Shown: positions 1 to 12,011, numbered from the stretch's first letter. The stretch: 64,000 nucleotides of DNA from Halioglobus sp. (GCA_020443325.1 JAGRIK010000356.1:39479-103478); one strand, 5' to 3'. Program-made: numbers and translations. The notes: generated from the letters alone by a model not told the origin.

Positions 1-159
1 TTCCTCAGCAATTTCCCGGCACGGTTCCGCTACGCCCGGACTGTAGGCGAGCGCCAGGTCCCGCAGGCTTTCAGCCGGCTTGGAGAGTTCGATACTGATT
101 TTCCCGGGCACGGGGTCGGCGTGGTAGGCGAGGGCGTCTTTTTTCAGGTCACTGGGCAT
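1..159 (-). CDS. maeB: NAD(P)-dependent malic enzyme, 5' part (runs off the window start)
   Basis: Manual translation from ATG at 159: MPSDLKKDALAYHADPVPGKISIELSKPAESLRDLALAYSPGVAEPCREIAEE, containing the malic-enzyme LALAYSPGVAEPC motif; absent from the ORF track. Confidence 0.88.
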   Translation of the reverse strand, partial: MPSDLKKDALAYHADPVPGKISIELSKPAESLRDLALAYSPGVAEPCREIAEE

Positions 160-250
160 AGGATTACCACCTGTGCTCATCGGAATTTCTACAGGAATGG
201 AACTGGATCGATTCACGGGCACACCTTCGGGTGAAAAGGTACAAGAGAAT

Positions 251-285
251 AAAAAAGCGCCAGCCCGGCAGGGCTATGGCGCTTT
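251..285 (-). terminator. Probable intrinsic terminator after rpmE
   Basis: Minus strand reads AAAGCGCCATAGCCC-TGCC-GGGCTGGCGCTTTTTT: GC-rich stem plus U-tract just downstream of the rpmE stop. Confidence 0.7.
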
Positions 286-318
286 ACGGGTATCGCAGTT
301 GCCTGCGATAAGCCTTCC

Positions 319-534
319 CTAACGTTTTGTGCCACGACCACCAAAGCGCTTGTTAAAGCGATCCACGCGGCCGCCGCTGTCTACAATCTTCTGCTTGCCC
401 GTATAAAACGGGTGACACGCCGAACACACGTCGACAAGAAAATCCTCGCAACGCGTGGAGCGTGTTTGTATGGTGTTACCGCAACTGCACGTGGCAGTAA
501 CCGCCTCGTATTTGGGGTGTATATCTGCTTTCAT
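319..534 (-). CDS. rpmE: 50S ribosomal protein L31 (Zn-binding type A)
   Basis: MKADIHPKY...CSCG...[15 protein letters not shown]...[10 protein letters not shown]; both cysteine pairs present. Confidence 0.98.
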   Translation of the reverse strand: MKADIHPKYEAVTATCSCGNTIQTRSTRCEDFLVDVCSACHPFYTGKQKIVDSGGRVDRFNKRFGGRGTKR

Positions 535-556
535 TACATGGTGCTCCTGGTCATTA

Positions 557-589
557 GTGCCGCCACCCGATCGTCGTCAGGCACCGCAC
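557..589 (-). promoter_or_regulatory. Putative L31 autoregulatory leader hairpin in the rpmE 5' UTR
   Basis: Minus strand GTGCGGTGCCTGACGACGATCGGGTGGCGGCAC folds into an imperfect stem with internal loop, resembling (from memory) the conserved gammaproteobacterial rpmE leader. Confidence 0.5.
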
Positions 590-760
590 CTCGCTGGGGG
601 AGTTGAGCCGCCACGGCGTGGGACGCCAAACAGCGGCCGCTCAAAAAATAGGCGGGCATCTTACCAGACGCGGGGCGATAAGCAATAGCGCGCAGGCTTT
701 TGCTACAATGCCGAATTCCAACCCATTTTGCGTGAAACCCACGTGTGAGAAAGGGGCTTA

Positions 761-2959
761 ATGTCCATATTTCGTCTGGCTATTCCCTCGCCCCTGCGCC
801 GCCAGTTTGATTATCTTCCCCCCGAGGGCATGAGTCGGGCCCAGATTGACAGCCTGCAGCCGGGCGTGCGATTGCGCGTGCCCTTTTCCGGGCGAGAGCT
901 TACCGGCTACCTGCTTGAAGTCTGCGCCCAGACCGATGTGCCAGCCAGTTCGCTCAAGCCGGCACTGGAACTCCTGGACGAAACCCCTCTGGTTGATCCG
1001 CAACTGCTGCAACTGTGCCACTGGGCCGCCGCCTACTACCACCACCCACTGGGCGAGGTGTACAGCACGCTGTTTCCCAAGCGCCTGCGGGAAGGCAAGC
1101 CCCGGCTGCCGCCGGGCAGTCCCGGCTGGCAACTTACCGCGCGCGGCAAGGGCCTCCCCGAGGAGGCGTTGCCGAGATCTCCCCGGCAGGCACAGGCGAT
1201 CAGCCTGCTGCGGCAACAGGCGCATATCACCGCCGCCGAGCTGAAGAAAAACGAGATCAGCAACACTGTACTGCGCGCCCTGCAGGAAAAGCAGCTGATC
1301 GAACCCTGCGTTATAAGTGATCACTCACTTACTCCACGAAGCAATCCAGGTCTTGCCCTGAATGATGAACAAGCCGTTGCATTACAGAGCATCAAGGCCG
1401 CGGGAGCGGGCTTCAGCTGCCATCTGCTGGAGGGTGTTACCGGCAGTGGCAAGACCGAAATCTACCTGCAGTTGATCGCCGACTGCCTGCGGCGAGGCCA
1501 GCAGGCGCTGGTGCTTGTTCCGGAGATCGGGCTTACGCCGCAGACGCTGGCCCGTTTCCAGCAGCGCTTTGACGCAGATATTGCGGTCCTGCACTCGGGG
1601 CTGACCGACGGCCCGCGCTACCTCGCCTGGGAGGCGGCCCGCAGCGGCGCGGCACACATCGTCATCGGCACCCGTTCCGCGGTTTTCACCCCCCTCGCCA
1701 AACCGGGGTTATTTATCGTGGATGAGGAACACGACGGCTCTTATAAGCAGCAGGACGGCTTTCGCTACTCGGCCCGGGATGTCGCGGTTAAACGCGCCCA
1801 TATACACGGGTGCCCGATCCTGCTCGGCAGCGCCACCCCCTCGCTTGAGAGCATCCACAATGTGGAGGCCGGCCGCTACCAGCACCAGCAACTCACCCGG
1901 CGCGCCAGCAGCGGTGGAATGCCTGACATCCGGGCACTGGATGTGCGCAAGAAGGTGTTACAGGCGGGCCTGTCTGACACGCTCATTGCGGCCGTGGAGG
2001 AAAAATTGCAACAGGGGCAGCAGGTCCTGCTGTTTCTCAACCGCCGCGGTTATGCGCCCACACTGCAGTGTCACGATTGCGGCTGGGTCGCCGAATGTCG
2101 CGCCTGCGATGCCCGGCTGACCGTTCACCGTCGACGCCGGCGACTGCGCTGTCACCACTGCGGTGCCACCAGCGCACTGCACCGCCAGTGTCCCCAGTGC
2201 CACAGCGAACGTCTGCTGGCCGCCGGCCTGGGCACGGAGCAAACCGAGGACTTCCTGCACACGCGCTTCAAACAATGGCCCATCCATCGCGTGGACAGCG
2301 ACTCCATGCAAAGCAAGGGTGCGATGCAAGCACTGGCCGACGAGATTAACCGGGGCGAGCCCGGTATCCTGCTCGGCACACAGATGCTCACCAAGGGCCA
2401 CCACTTCCCCGCGGTCAGCCTGGTGGCGGTCATCGATGCCGACGCACTGCTGTTCAGCGCGGATTTTCGCGGCGAAGAGCGCATGGCACAGCTCCTGACC
2501 CAGGTGGCGGGCCGCGCCGGGCGCGCAGACATCGCCGGCAGCGTGATACTGCAGACTCACTATCCGGACCATCCCGCACTACTGGCAATGCTGCACACCA
2601 GTTATGCAGAGCAGGCGCGTGCGATGCTCAGGCGCCGGCAGGAATCCGGCCTGCCACCCGCCGGGCAACTGGTGCTGATGCGCACCGACTGCCCCAACGC
2701 CGAGTACGGCGAGCAGTTCCTGCAAACACTGCGCTCGCGCAGCACACCCCGGCTCCCCGCCGGTGCCAGGCTGATCGGGCCGCTGCCATCTCCGATGCAA
2801 CGCCGCGCCGGCAAGTATCGCTGCCAGCTGTTGCTGACAGCACCCGATCGCAGGTCCGCACAGGCGGCAGCTGGCCTTCTGGTGGCAACTGCGGAAACGC
2901 TGTCCACCCGCCAGGGTTTGAGCTGGTCCATCGATGTCGATCCACAGGACGTGTTCTAA
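761..2959 (+). CDS. priA: Primosomal protein N' (replication restart helicase)
   Basis: GVTGSGKTE Walker A, DEEHD, Cys-rich region, W-IDVDP C-terminus; divergent from rpmE as usual. Confidence 0.98.
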   Translation: MSIFRLAIPSPLRRQFDYLPPEGMSRAQIDSLQPGVRLRVPFSGRELTGYLLEVCAQTDVPASSLKPALELLDETPLVDPQLLQLCHWAAAYYHHPLGEVYSTLFPKRLREGKPRLPPGSPGWQLTARGKGLPEEALPRSPRQAQAISLLRQQAHITAAELKKNEISNTVLRALQEKQLIEPCVISDHSLTPRSNPGLALNDEQAVALQSIKAAGAGFSCHLLEGVTGSGKTEIYLQLIADCLRRGQQALVLVPEIGLTPQTLARFQQRFDADIAVLHSGLTDGPRYLAWEAARSGAAHIVIGTRSAVFTPLAKPGLFIVDEEHDGSYKQQDGFRYSARDVAVKRAHIHGCPILLGSATPSLESIHNVEAGRYQHQQLTRRASSGGMPDIRALDVRKKVLQAGLSDTLIAAVEEKLQQGQQVLLFLNRRGYAPTLQCHDCGWVAECRACDARLTVHRRRRRLRCHHCGATSALHRQCPQCHSERLLAAGLGTEQTEDFLHTRFKQWPIHRVDSDSMQSKGAMQALADEINRGEPGILLGTQMLTKGHHFPAVSLVAVIDADALLFSADFRGEERMAQLLTQVAGRAGRADIAGSVILQTHYPDHPALLAMLHTSYAEQARAMLRRRQESGLPPAGQLVLMRTDCPNAEYGEQFLQTLRSRSTPRLPAGARLIGPLPSPMQRRAGKYRCQLLLTAPDRRSAQAAAGLLVATAETLSTRQGLSWSIDVDPQDVF

Positions 2960-3067
2960 CCCGTGCAGAGTGACCACGTCGCGCGCGAATGATGGTAAAC
3001 TCCGCGACCGAACCCGTTCACCATTGCGCACCAACCCATTGACGCTGCCCAGGTACACCCCCGGAAC

Positions 3068-4753
3068 ATGAAGGAACAACTCACAGAACTGCTACAACAG
3101 GCGCTGGATTCGCTGATTGCACAGGGAGTACTGCCCGCCGACGCCAGCCCGCAGATACAGATCGACCGCACCCGCGACAAGCGCCACGGCGACCTGGCGT
3201 GCAACATCGCCCTCGCGCTGGCCAAGACAGCACAGCGCAAACCGCGCGAGCTCGCCGAGCTGATCTGCGCTGCGCTGCCGGCCAATCCGCTGGTCACGCG
3301 CACGGAAATTGCCGGCCCGGGTTTTATCAATTTCTTCCTGTCTGCCGACAGCAACCAGGCGGTGATTCGCCGCATTCTGGAGCAGGGTGCAGCCTTCGGC
3401 ACCAGTGACACAGGAGCGGGCCGCAAGGTGCAGGTGGAGTTTGTCTCAGCCAATCCCACCGGGCCGTTGCATGTCGGCCATGGCAGGGGCGCCGCCGTGG
3501 GCGACAGCCTTTGTCGCCTGCTCGCCGCCACCGGCTGGGACGTCGCCAGCGAGTTCTATTACAACGATGCCGGCGCGCAAATTGACAACCTGGCACTGTC
3601 GGTCCAGGCGCGCTGCAAGAACATCTCGCCGGAGGATGCCGCGTGGCCAAAGGACGGTTACCGCGGCGACTATATTGCCGAGCTGGCGCAGGCCTATTTG
3701 CGCGGCGATACCGTCGACGCCGAGGATCGCCATGTTACGGGCTCGGGCAATGCCGACGATCTCGATGCTATTCGCCAGTTTGCCGTGGCCTACCTGCGCC
3801 GTGAACAGGACCTCGACCTCAAGGCCTTTGCCGTGCATTTCGATGTGTATTTCCTCGAGTCCTCGCTGTACCAGGAGGGCGCCGTCGAGCGCACCGTGGC
3901 GCGGTTGCAGGAGACCGGCCACTGCTACGAAAGCGACGGTGCACTGTGGTTGCGCACCACCGATTTTGGCGATGACAAGGACCGCGTGATGCGCAAGCGC
4001 GAGGGCGGCTACACCTATTTCCTGCCGGATGTGGCGTACCACCTGAACAAGTGGCAGCGGGGTTTTGAGCGCGTCATCAACGAACAGGGCGCCGATCACC
4101 ACAGCACCGTAACCCGCGTGCGCGCAGGACTACAGGCGCTGGAGCAGGATATTCCGCAAGACTGGCCGGAGTATGTATTGCACCAGATGGTGACTGTGAT
4201 GCGCGAGGGGGAAGAGGTGAAGCTGTCCAAACGCGCGGGGAGCTACCTCACGCTGCGAGACCTGATCGACGAGGTCGGGCGGGATGCGACACGCTTCTTC
4301 CTGGTGGCGCGGGCGCCCAACTCGCAACTCACGTTTGATATCGACCTGGCGCTGTCGCAGAGTAACGACAACCCGGTGTACTACATCCAGTACGCCCACG
4401 CGCGCAGCTGCAGCGTGATGCGCAAGCTCGCGGAACAGGGCTGGCAGTGGCAGGCAGGGAGTGCACTGCAACACCTGGACCAGTTGCAGGAGGAGCACGA
4501 GAAAGCCCTCCTGCGGCAACTTGATCGCTATCCGGAGGTGGTCGCAAATGCCGCCCAGAACAGCGAACCGCACACGCTCGCCACCTATTTGCGCGAACTG
4601 GCAGGCGATTTCCATACCTGGTACAACGCGCACAAAATGCTGGTAGAAGAGGAGGCCGTGCGCGATGCCCGGGTGGCCCTCAGCCAGGCCGTGGGCCAGG
4701 TGATCGCCAATGGCCTGGATTTGTTGGGCGTATCCGCCCCGGAGGTGATGTAA
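3068..4753 (+). CDS. argS: Arginine--tRNA ligase
   Basis: [18 protein letters not shown] (HIGH motif), [21 protein letters not shown] end. Confidence 0.98.
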   Translation: MKEQLTELLQQALDSLIAQGVLPADASPQIQIDRTRDKRHGDLACNIALALAKTAQRKPRELAELICAALPANPLVTRTEIAGPGFINFFLSADSNQAVIRRILEQGAAFGTSDTGAGRKVQVEFVSANPTGPLHVGHGRGAAVGDSLCRLLAATGWDVASEFYYNDAGAQIDNLALSVQARCKNISPEDAAWPKDGYRGDYIAELAQAYLRGDTVDAEDRHVTGSGNADDLDAIRQFAVAYLRREQDLDLKAFAVHFDVYFLESSLYQEGAVERTVARLQETGHCYESDGALWLRTTDFGDDKDRVMRKREGGYTYFLPDVAYHLNKWQRGFERVINEQGADHHSTVTRVRAGLQALEQDIPQDWPEYVLHQMVTVMREGEEVKLSKRAGSYLTLRDLIDEVGRDATRFFLVARAPNSQLTFDIDLALSQSNDNPVYYIQYAHARSCSVMRKLAEQGWQWQAGSALQHLDQLQEEHEKALLRQLDRYPEVVANAAQNSEPHTLATYLRELAGDFHTWYNAHKMLVEEEAVRDARVALSQAVGQVIANGLDLLGVSAPEVM

Positions 4754-4756
4754 CAC

Positions 4757-5362
4757 GTGACTCAGGATTACGCCAAGCGCAGACAGGACCCGCGCAGGAA
4801 AAAGCCGCCACCCCGGAGGGCGCAGGCACAGCGACAGACGGGCGAAGCCCAACCGCGCGGCAAGGGCTTTCGCCTGTACATAACCGGCGTGATCACCGGC
4901 ATGTTCCTGAGCTTCCTGATCTATCTGGGCTCACTACCCGAGCCCGGGGTACCGGGAGAAGAGCTTGCAACTGCAACAGAACCGGAAGCGGAACCGGAAG
5001 TTCCAAAACCGCGCTTTGAGTTTTACACGTTGCTGCCCGAGCAGACCCTGGAGGTTGATGAGGAGGTAGAAACGGTTGAACCGGCGGCCGATGTCAGCAA
5101 ACCGCCCACGGCAACCGCGACACCCCAGCCGTATTTCCTGCAGGCGGGATCATTCCGGCAGAAGGAAGACGCCGAGCGACGACGCGCAGAACTACTCTTG
5201 CTTGGGCTCACGCCGCAAATTGAAGAGAGCACCGTCGACAGCGGTCGCTGGTTCCGAGTATCACTGGGGCCTTTCGGGTCCCACGATGAGGTCAGCAAAG
5301 CCCGCAGCCTGCTGGCCAACCAGAACATCGACTCCGTATTGCTGAAACGCAGCGCGCCATGA
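4757..5362 (+). CDS. SPOR-domain cell division protein (FtsN-like)
   Basis: Basic N-tail (DYAKRR), one TM segment, FEFYTLLP motif, C-terminal LQAGSF...WFRVSLGPF SPOR domain; lies between argS and hslV. Confidence 0.85.
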   Translation: MTQDYAKRRQDPRRKKPPPRRAQAQRQTGEAQPRGKGFRLYITGVITGMFLSFLIYLGSLPEPGVPGEELATATEPEAEPEVPKPRFEFYTLLPEQTLEVDEEVETVEPAADVSKPPTATATPQPYFLQAGSFRQKEDAERRRAELLLLGLTPQIEESTVDSGRWFRVSLGPFGSHDEVSKARSLLANQNIDSVLLKRSAP

Positions 5363-5487
5363 TTTCGGGTCGGGACCTTGAATTTCCCGTACACCCCCCC
5401 ATATCTGCCAATCGGGCCGACTAAAACGGGCAGCTGAGAAGCTGCCCACTGCCAGCCCACCAGATCGTCCCCCAGGAGAGAAAAGAA

Positions 5488-6027
5488 GTGGAACAGTTCC
5501 GAGGTACAACCATACTTTCCGTGCGCCGCGGCAACAGCGTGGTAATCGGCGGCGACGGCCAGGTCTCCATGGGCAATACCGTGATGAAAGGCAATGCCCG
5601 CAAAGTACGACGCCTGTATAAGGACAGAGTACTGGCAGGTTTCGCCGGCGGTACTGCCGATGCGTTTACGCTGTTCGAACTGTTTGAAGCACAACTGGAG
5701 AAGCATCAGGGCCACCTGGTGCGCGCTGCGGTGGAACTGGCGAAAGCCTGGCGCACCGAGCGCGCCCTGCGGCGGCTTGAGGCCCTGCTGGCCGTGGCCG
5801 ACAAGGAGACCTCCCTGATCATCACCGGTAACGGCGATGTGATTGAACCCGAGGACAACCTGATCGCGATCGGATCCGGCGGACCGTTTGCCCAGTCTGC
5901 GGCCCGCGCCCTGCTGGATAACACGGAACTGGGAGCGCGAGACATCGTGGAGAAAGGTCTGGGCATTGCCGCAGATATCTGTATCTACACCAACCACAAC
6001 CGCACTATCGAACAACTGGATTTTTAG
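5488..6027 (+). CDS. hslV: ATP-dependent protease subunit HslV
   Basis: TTILSVRR catalytic Thr, [19 protein letters not shown]; GTG start. Confidence 0.98.
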   Translation: MEQFRGTTILSVRRGNSVVIGGDGQVSMGNTVMKGNARKVRRLYKDRVLAGFAGGTADAFTLFELFEAQLEKHQGHLVRAAVELAKAWRTERALRRLEALLAVADKETSLIITGNGDVIEPEDNLIAIGSGGPFAQSAARALLDNTELGARDIVEKGLGIAADICIYTNHNRTIEQLDF

Positions 6028-6035
6028 GCACCCGC

Positions 6036-7361
6036 ATGTCCAATATGACTCCCCGCGAAATCGTCCACGAGCTGGACAAATTTATCATTGGCCAGGATGC
6101 GGCCAAACGTGCCGTCGCGATCGCACTGCGCAATCGCTGGCGACGCATGCAGTTGCCCGAGGAATTGCGCGCCGAGATTACGCCGAAGAACATCCTGATG
6201 ATCGGGCCGACCGGCGTCGGGAAAACGGAGATCGCACGGCGCCTGGCTAAACTGGCCAACGCCCCCTTCGTCAAGGTCGAGGCCACCAAGTTTACCGAAG
6301 TGGGCTATGTGGGGCGCGATGTGGAATCCATCGTGCGCGACCTCGTCGATGTCGCCATTAAAATGTACCGCGAGCAGGAGATGACGCGCGTGCGCTTCCG
6401 CGCCGAGGAAGCCGCCGAGGAGCGCATCCTGGACATCCTGCTGCCACCGGCCCGCGACAGCGACACCGACACGTCTGCCTCCAGCACGCGGCAACTGCTG
6501 CGCAAAAAACTGCGCGAGGGCGATCTCGACGAAAAGGAGATCGAAGTCGAGGTGACCGCCAGCCTTCCCGGTATGGAAATCATGGCGCCTCCGGGCATGG
6601 AGGAGATGACCAGCCAACTGCAGGCCATGTTCTCCAACATGTCTCGCCAACAGAGCAAGAAGAGCAAGATGCCGGTCAGGGCCGCCTTTGAGGCACTGTG
6701 CGACGAAGAAGCCGCGAAGATGGTCAATGAGGACGAGCTCAAGCAAAAGGCTGTCGCTGAAGCGGAACAGAACGGCATTGTGTTTATCGACGAGCTGGAT
6801 AAAGTCGCCAAGCGCTCCGAGGGCGCCGGCGCCGATGTATCCCGCGAGGGTGTGCAGCGCGACCTGCTGCCGCTGATCGAGGGCTCCACCGTCAGCACCA
6901 AGCACGGCATGATCAAAACCGACCACATACTGTTTATCGCATCGGGTGCTTTCCACCTGGCGAGGCCCTCCGACCTGATCCCGGAACTGCAGGGACGACT
7001 GCCTATTCGCGTCGAGCTGTCGGCGCTGTCGCCGGATGATTTCGAGCGCATCCTGACGGAGCCCAGCGCGTCACTGACAGAACAATACCAGGCCCTGCTG
7101 CAGACTGAGGGCGTTGACCTGAAATTCAGCAAGGATGGTTTGCGTCGGATTGCCGAGACGGCGTGGCAGGTCAATGAACGCACCGAAAATATCGGCGCGC
7201 GGCGACTGCACACAGTGATGGAACGCCTGCTGGAAGAGACCTCATTCGGCGCGGCCGATGCCGCCCTGCAGGACGCGGCACTACTGGTGGATGCCGCCTT
7301 CGTCGACAAGCAGTTGCAGGAACTGAGCGAGGATGACGACCTCTCCCGCTTTATCCTTTGA
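6036..7361 (+). CDS. hslU: ATP-dependent protease ATPase subunit HslU
   Basis: [31 protein letters not shown] terminus. Confidence 0.98.
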   Translation: MSNMTPREIVHELDKFIIGQDAAKRAVAIALRNRWRRMQLPEELRAEITPKNILMIGPTGVGKTEIARRLAKLANAPFVKVEATKFTEVGYVGRDVESIVRDLVDVAIKMYREQEMTRVRFRAEEAAEERILDILLPPARDSDTDTSASSTRQLLRKKLREGDLDEKEIEVEVTASLPGMEIMAPPGMEEMTSQLQAMFSNMSRQQSKKSKMPVRAAFEALCDEEAAKMVNEDELKQKAVAEAEQNGIVFIDELDKVAKRSEGAGADVSREGVQRDLLPLIEGSTVSTKHGMIKTDHILFIASGAFHLARPSDLIPELQGRLPIRVELSALSPDDFERILTEPSASLTEQYQALLQTEGVDLKFSKDGLRRIAETAWQVNERTENIGARRLHTVMERLLEETSFGAADAALQDAALLVDAAFVDKQLQELSEDDDLSRFIL

Positions 7362-7369
7362 CAACCGCT

Positions 7370-7753
7370 ATGCCTGAGGCACCCAAACCCACTTCAATCC
7401 AGCTGCACAGTCGCTCGCGACTGCTGGAGCTGACGTATGAGGGTGGCGAAAATTACTCCCTGAGCTGCGAGTACCTGCGCGTCTACTCCCCCTCCGCAGA
7501 AGTACTCGGCCACGGTCCCGGCCAGGAAGTCCTGCAAACCGGCAAGCTCAATGTGGCCATCACCGCAATCAAACCGGTCGGCAACTACGCACTGCAGCTG
7601 GTGTTCGACGACGGCCACGATACGGGCCTGTACTCCTGGCGCTATTTGTACGACCTCTGCCGAGACCAGAAGACCAAATGGCAGGACTACCTCGACCGCA
7701 TGGCGAAGGCGGGCGCCAATCGCGATCCGGATGTGCAGGTGCTAAAGTTGTAA
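7370..7753 (+). CDS. DUF971 / gamma-butyrobetaine hydroxylase N-terminal-like protein
   Basis: EYLRVYSPSAEV-GHG, PVGNYAL-LVFDDGHDTGLYSW motifs; alternative TTG start at 7358. Confidence 0.85.
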   Translation: MPEAPKPTSIQLHSRSRLLELTYEGGENYSLSCEYLRVYSPSAEVLGHGPGQEVLQTGKLNVAITAIKPVGNYALQLVFDDGHDTGLYSWRYLYDLCRDQKTKWQDYLDRMAKAGANRDPDVQVLKL

Positions 7754-7756
7754 GAT

Positions 7757-7877
7757 ATAAATGGGGTCAGAGTAAAAACTCCAGCCTATAGACAAAGGCT
7801 TGGTTAAAGCCGGGAATGGACGCAATGTCTAATCGAACACCAGGAACAGCCGGAGTTTTTACTCTGACCCCATTTAT
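7757..7877. repeat. Intergenic element with perfect 26-bp terminal inverted repeats (REP/MITE-like)
   Basis: ATAAATGGGGTCAGAGTAAAAACTCC (7757-7782) is the exact reverse complement of GGAGTTTTTACTCTGACCCCATTTAT (7852-7877). Confidence 0.85.
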
Positions 7878-7927
7878 CACACATCGCGGTATACTGCGTC
7901 ATCCCCAGGCGCGAGAGCAGCAATAGA

Positions 7928-8677
7928 ATGAGTGATAAAGACACCACACACTTCGGGTTCAAGGAAGTCGACAAAGACGCCAAGGCCGGCATGGTAGGCG
8001 ATGTGTTCCATTCGGTGGCGGCCCGCTACGACCTGATGAATGACCTGATGTCCGGCGGCATTCACCGTATCTGGAAGCGTTTTACGATCGAGTTGAGCGG
8101 TGTGCGCAAAAACAACGCTGTGCTGGATATCGCCGGCGGCACTGGCGACCTCGCAGCCCGCTTCGCCGAACTGGTGGGTCCGCAGGGCCGGGTGGTGCTG
8201 GCCGACATCAATGATTCAATGCTGCAAGTGGGCCGCGACAAGCTGCTGGACCAGGGCCGGCTGGCCAATATCGAGTTTGTGCAGGCCGATGCCCAGTACC
8301 TGCCCTTTCCGGATGACAGCTTTGACTGTGTCACCATCGCATTCGGCCTGCGCAACGTGACAGATATCGATCTGGCACTGCGGTCCATATTGCGTGTTCT
8401 CAAGCCCGGTGGGCGTCTGTTGGTGCTGGAGTTTTCCAAACCCAGAAACTCCCTGCTCAGCAAGGCCTACGATACCTATTCCTTTCGCGTACTGCCGCTG
8501 ATGGGTCGCCTCGTCGCCAACGACAGCGACAGCTACCAGTACCTAGCTGAGTCTATCCGCAAGCACCCCGATCAGGACACGTTGAAAGACATGATGGAGG
8601 ATGCCGGTTACTGCGAGGTCGAATACCACGACATGACCGGTGGCATCGTCGCGCTGCACCGGGGCATCAAAGCCTGA
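7928..8677 (+). CDS. ubiE: Ubiquinone/menaquinone C-methyltransferase
   Basis: [46 protein letters not shown]. Confidence 0.98.
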   Translation: MSDKDTTHFGFKEVDKDAKAGMVGDVFHSVAARYDLMNDLMSGGIHRIWKRFTIELSGVRKNNAVLDIAGGTGDLAARFAELVGPQGRVVLADINDSMLQVGRDKLLDQGRLANIEFVQADAQYLPFPDDSFDCVTIAFGLRNVTDIDLALRSILRVLKPGGRLLVLEFSKPRNSLLSKAYDTYSFRVLPLMGRLVANDSDSYQYLAESIRKHPDQDTLKDMMEDAGYCEVEYHDMTGGIVALHRGIKA

Positions 8678-8678
8678 A

Positions 8679-9320
8679 ATGAGTGCCCCTGTAGATCCCA
8701 CACTGCACACAGCCGCACTGGCAGCGCTGGAGACGGCGATCAATCGCGCGCTGGCGCTGTCGCCCCACAGCAAAGCTGAGCTGGCGCAACTCGAAGATGC
8801 CGTGTTTGCGCTGCACTGCACCGCACCTGTCCTGGATCTCTACCTGCACCCCGGCGCACAAGGTATGCGCCTTACCGGCTTTCACCAGGGGCCGATCACC
8901 ACCAGCATCCGCGGAAAAGCGGCGGACTTTGCCGAACTGGCTTCAGCGAAAGACCCCACCGCTACGCTCATCAATGGTGGACTGGAACTGGAAGGCGACA
9001 GCGCTCCGCTGATTGAACTCCAGCATATTCTGGCGAAACTCGATATGGACTGGGAAGCGCCCCTTGTGGACTCCCTTGGCGACGTCGCGGGACACCAGCT
9101 GGCGCAGGTGCTGCGGAGCGCATTTGCATGGGGCAAGCAGGCATCCACCAGCCTGGCAAGGCAGCTGGAAGAGTTCATCCACGAGGAGGCGCGACTCAGC
9201 CCTCCACGGCTGGAAGTCGAGGATTTCTACCGCGATGTGCAGGAACTCGGCATACGCGTGGACCGGCTGGAATCGCGCACCGAGCGCCTGCGCCAACGCC
9301 TGCAGAAGCTGAGGGGCTGA
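8679..9320 (+). CDS. ubiJ: Ubiquinone biosynthesis accessory factor (SCP2 domain)
   Basis: ALETAINRAL..., DWEAPL...GDVAGHQL, EFIHEEARL; between ubiE and ubiB; ATG at 8679 chosen over the ORF-track start 8640. Confidence 0.88.
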   Translation: MSAPVDPTLHTAALAALETAINRALALSPHSKAELAQLEDAVFALHCTAPVLDLYLHPGAQGMRLTGFHQGPITTSIRGKAADFAELASAKDPTATLINGGLELEGDSAPLIELQHILAKLDMDWEAPLVDSLGDVAGHQLAQVLRSAFAWGKQASTSLARQLEEFIHEEARLSPPRLEVEDFYRDVQELGIRVDRLESRTERLRQRLQKLRG

Positions 9321-9323
9321 GCC

Positions 9324-10964
9324 ATGTCCCGCGCACTGCGCCTGAGCAAAATACTGCGAACAATCGGTCGCTATCGACTGGATGAGTTCGTCGACCAGGA
9401 ACGGCTGCCGACATTGCCGCGCCTTGCCCTGCGTTTCGCACCCTGGCGACTGCGCCCGGCCCCCGACCTTCCCCGCGGCGAACGCCTGCGCCGAGCGCTG
9501 GAGGAACTAGGGCCTGTGTTCATCAAGTTCGGGCAAATGCTGTCCACCCGGCGCGACCTGCTGCCGGACGATATCGCAGACGAGTTGGCGAGGCTGCAGG
9601 ACAACGTCCCCCCATTTCCCGACCAGCAATCCGTTGCCATTGTCGAGAGAGCCCTCGGTAAACCGGTGGCCGAGCTGTTCGCGAGTTTCGAGCCCACCCC
9701 GATGGCCTCCGCCTCGGTGGCCCAGGTGCATTGCGCCACGCTGCACAGTGGCGAGCGGGTGGTGGTCAAGGTCGTGCGGCCCGATATCGAGGCGGTGATC
9801 CGCGAGGACATCGCCCTGATGTACACACTGGCGAAACTGGCCGCCAGGTACCATCCCAATGGCCGCCGCCTGCGCCCGGTCGAAGTCGTCTCCGACTACG
9901 AACTGGTGATTCTCGATGAGCTGGACATGGGCCGCGAAGCCGCCAATACCTCCCAGCTGCGGCGCAATTTTGAGAACAACAAGTTGCTGTACGTACCGGA
10001 GGTTTACTGGGACTACAGCTGTCGCAACGTGCTGACCATGGAGCGCATTTCCGGCATCCCCGTCACCGACATGGACACGCTTCGCGCCAAAGGCACTGAC
10101 CTCAAACTGTTGGGTGAGCGCGGCGTGGAGATCTTTTTTACGCAGGTTTTCAACCACAGCTTCTTCCACGCGGATATGCACCCGGGCAATATCTTTGTCG
10201 ACGCCACAGACCCGGCTGACCCCACCTATATCGCCGTGGATTGCGCGATTGTCGGCAGCCTTTCCGATGCCGACCAGTATTACCTCGGCCGCAACCTGCT
10301 GGGAATCTTCCGCCGCGACTACCGCGAGGTAGCACAGTTGCACGTCGAGTGCGGCTGGGTCCCACCGGAGACCCGTGTGCAGGACTTTGAATCGGCCATG
10401 CGCGCCGTCTGCGAGCCTATTTTCGAGCGCCCGATCAGCCAGATATCCTTCGGCCAATTGCTGGTCTACCTGTTCCAGACGGCCAGCCGCTTCGACATGG
10501 AAGTACAACCCTCGCTGGTACTGCTGCAGAAGACGTTGCTCAACATCGAGGGACTGGGGAGGCAACTGTACCCCGACTTGAACCTGTGGGAGACAGCGCA
10601 GCCGTTTCTGGAAGAGTGGGTCCAGCAACGCTACTCACCACAATCGATTTTCAAACGCCTGCAGCGCCATGCCCCCTCGTGGCTTGAACAACTGCCACAA
10701 CTACCCGACGTGATGCTGGACAGCCTGCAGCACACCCGGGAAGCGGAGCGCCACGCGCCCCCCCGGCATCACCAGCAGAAAGATCAATCCGGGCAACAAC
10801 CCGCACTCGCGCGTCGGCGCCGCCACCTGCTGGGCGGCATCGCCTGTCTCGCAGCCGCCGCTATCGCCTCGCCTGCTGTCTGGCAACAACTGGCAAATGC
10901 ACCCACAGCCAGCTGGTTGCTGGGCGCCGCGGGCATTTACCTGCTATGGCCCCGAAACAGCTGA
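9324..10964 (+). CDS. ubiB: Ubiquinone biosynthesis kinase-like protein UbiB
   Basis: [37 protein letters not shown]. Confidence 0.97.
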   Translation: MSRALRLSKILRTIGRYRLDEFVDQERLPTLPRLALRFAPWRLRPAPDLPRGERLRRALEELGPVFIKFGQMLSTRRDLLPDDIADELARLQDNVPPFPDQQSVAIVERALGKPVAELFASFEPTPMASASVAQVHCATLHSGERVVVKVVRPDIEAVIREDIALMYTLAKLAARYHPNGRRLRPVEVVSDYELVILDELDMGREAANTSQLRRNFENNKLLYVPEVYWDYSCRNVLTMERISGIPVTDMDTLRAKGTDLKLLGERGVEIFFTQVFNHSFFHADMHPGNIFVDATDPADPTYIAVDCAIVGSLSDADQYYLGRNLLGIFRRDYREVAQLHVECGWVPPETRVQDFESAMRAVCEPIFERPISQISFGQLLVYLFQTASRFDMEVQPSLVLLQKTLLNIEGLGRQLYPDLNLWETAQPFLEEWVQQRYSPQSIFKRLQRHAPSWLEQLPQLPDVMLDSLQHTREAERHAPPRHHQQKDQSGQQPALARRRRHLLGGIACLAAAAIASPAVWQQLANAPTASWLLGAAGIYLLWPRNS

Positions 10965-11020
10965 GCCGATGTGCGAATCAGTGGCCTGTGCCATAATGTG
11001 CCTCCGTCTGGAAGATCGTC

Positions 11021-11422
11021 ATGTCTGAACCCGGTACGCTGCTACAAGAGATCAAGTGGAACGAGCAGGGGCTCGTTCCCGCTATCGCACAGGACTGGCA
11101 GAGCGGCGAAGTCCTGATGCTCGCCTGGATGAACCGCGACGCCCTGCGGCTCACTATCGACGAGGGCCGCGCCATTTACTGGTCGCGTTCGCGGCAGGCC
11201 CTGTGGCGCAAGGGTGAGGAATCAGGTCACGTTCAGACACTGAAGGAGTTGCGTATCGACTGCGATGCGGACACAGTGCTGCTGAAAGTGGAACAAGTCG
11301 GGGGTATTGCTTGTCACACAGGTAGGCGAGCGTGTTTTTACCGGGTGCTGGAAGATGGCGTGTGGCGCGTCACCGAGGACGTGTTGAAAGACCCCGCTGA
11401 CATGTATGGGAAGACACTATGA
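11021..11422 (+). CDS. hisI: Phosphoribosyl-AMP cyclohydrolase
   Basis: [29 protein letters not shown]. Confidence 0.97.
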   Translation: MSEPGTLLQEIKWNEQGLVPAIAQDWQSGEVLMLAWMNRDALRLTIDEGRAIYWSRSRQALWRKGEESGHVQTLKELRIDCDADTVLLKVEQVGGIACHTGRRACFYRVLEDGVWRVTEDVLKDPADMYGKTL

Positions 11423-11748
11423 GCGATGTGCTGCAACAACTGGCAACGACACTGGCAGCGCGCCGGCAGGCAAGCCCCGACGAGTCCTACGTGGCCAGCC
11501 TGCACCATAAGGGCCTGAACAAGATACTCGAGAAAGTCGGCGAGGAGGCCACCGAAGTCATTCTGGCAGCCAAGGACGCCGCAGCCGGGGGAGACCGGGA
11601 CGCGGTCATCGGCGAAGTCGCCGACCTGTGGTTTCACAGCATGGTGATGCTGTCGCACCTTGAGATGGATGTAGAAGACGTGATGCAGTGCCTGAGCGAC
11701 CGCTTTGGCGTGTCCGGATTGGACGAGAAGGCTGCGCGCAGCAATTGA
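11419..11748 (+). CDS. hisE: Phosphoribosyl-ATP pyrophosphatase
   Basis: [26 protein letters not shown]. Confidence 0.96.
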   Translation: MSDVLQQLATTLAARRQASPDESYVASLHHKGLNKILEKVGEEATEVILAAKDAAAGGDRDAVIGEVADLWFHSMVMLSHLEMDVEDVMQCLSDRFGVSGLDEKAARSN

Positions 11749-11788
11749 TGGGCCGTTACGAACGGCGCAAGGATAACGGGAGAAGACA

Positions 11789-12004
11789 ATGGGTATCGGT
11801 GGAATCAGTATCTGGCAGTTGTTGATCATCTTGGCAATCGTGATCATGTTGTTTGGCACCAAGCGGCTGCGCACCCTGGGCAGCGACCTGGGCAGCGCGG
11901 TGAAAGGCTTTCGCAAGAGCATGACGGACGATGGCGAAGCCGCACAGCCCGGTGATGCTACCGAGCAGGACCAGGCCGCGGACGCCGCAACCAAAGACAA
12001 GTAA
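11789..12004 (+). CDS. tatA: Twin-arginine translocase TatA
   Basis: ISIWQLLII...[21 protein letters not shown]. Confidence 0.96.
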   Translation: MGIGGISIWQLLIILAIVIMLFGTKRLRTLGSDLGSAVKGFRKSMTDDGEAAQPGDATEQDQAADAATKDK

Positions 12005-12011
12005 GCCCTGA

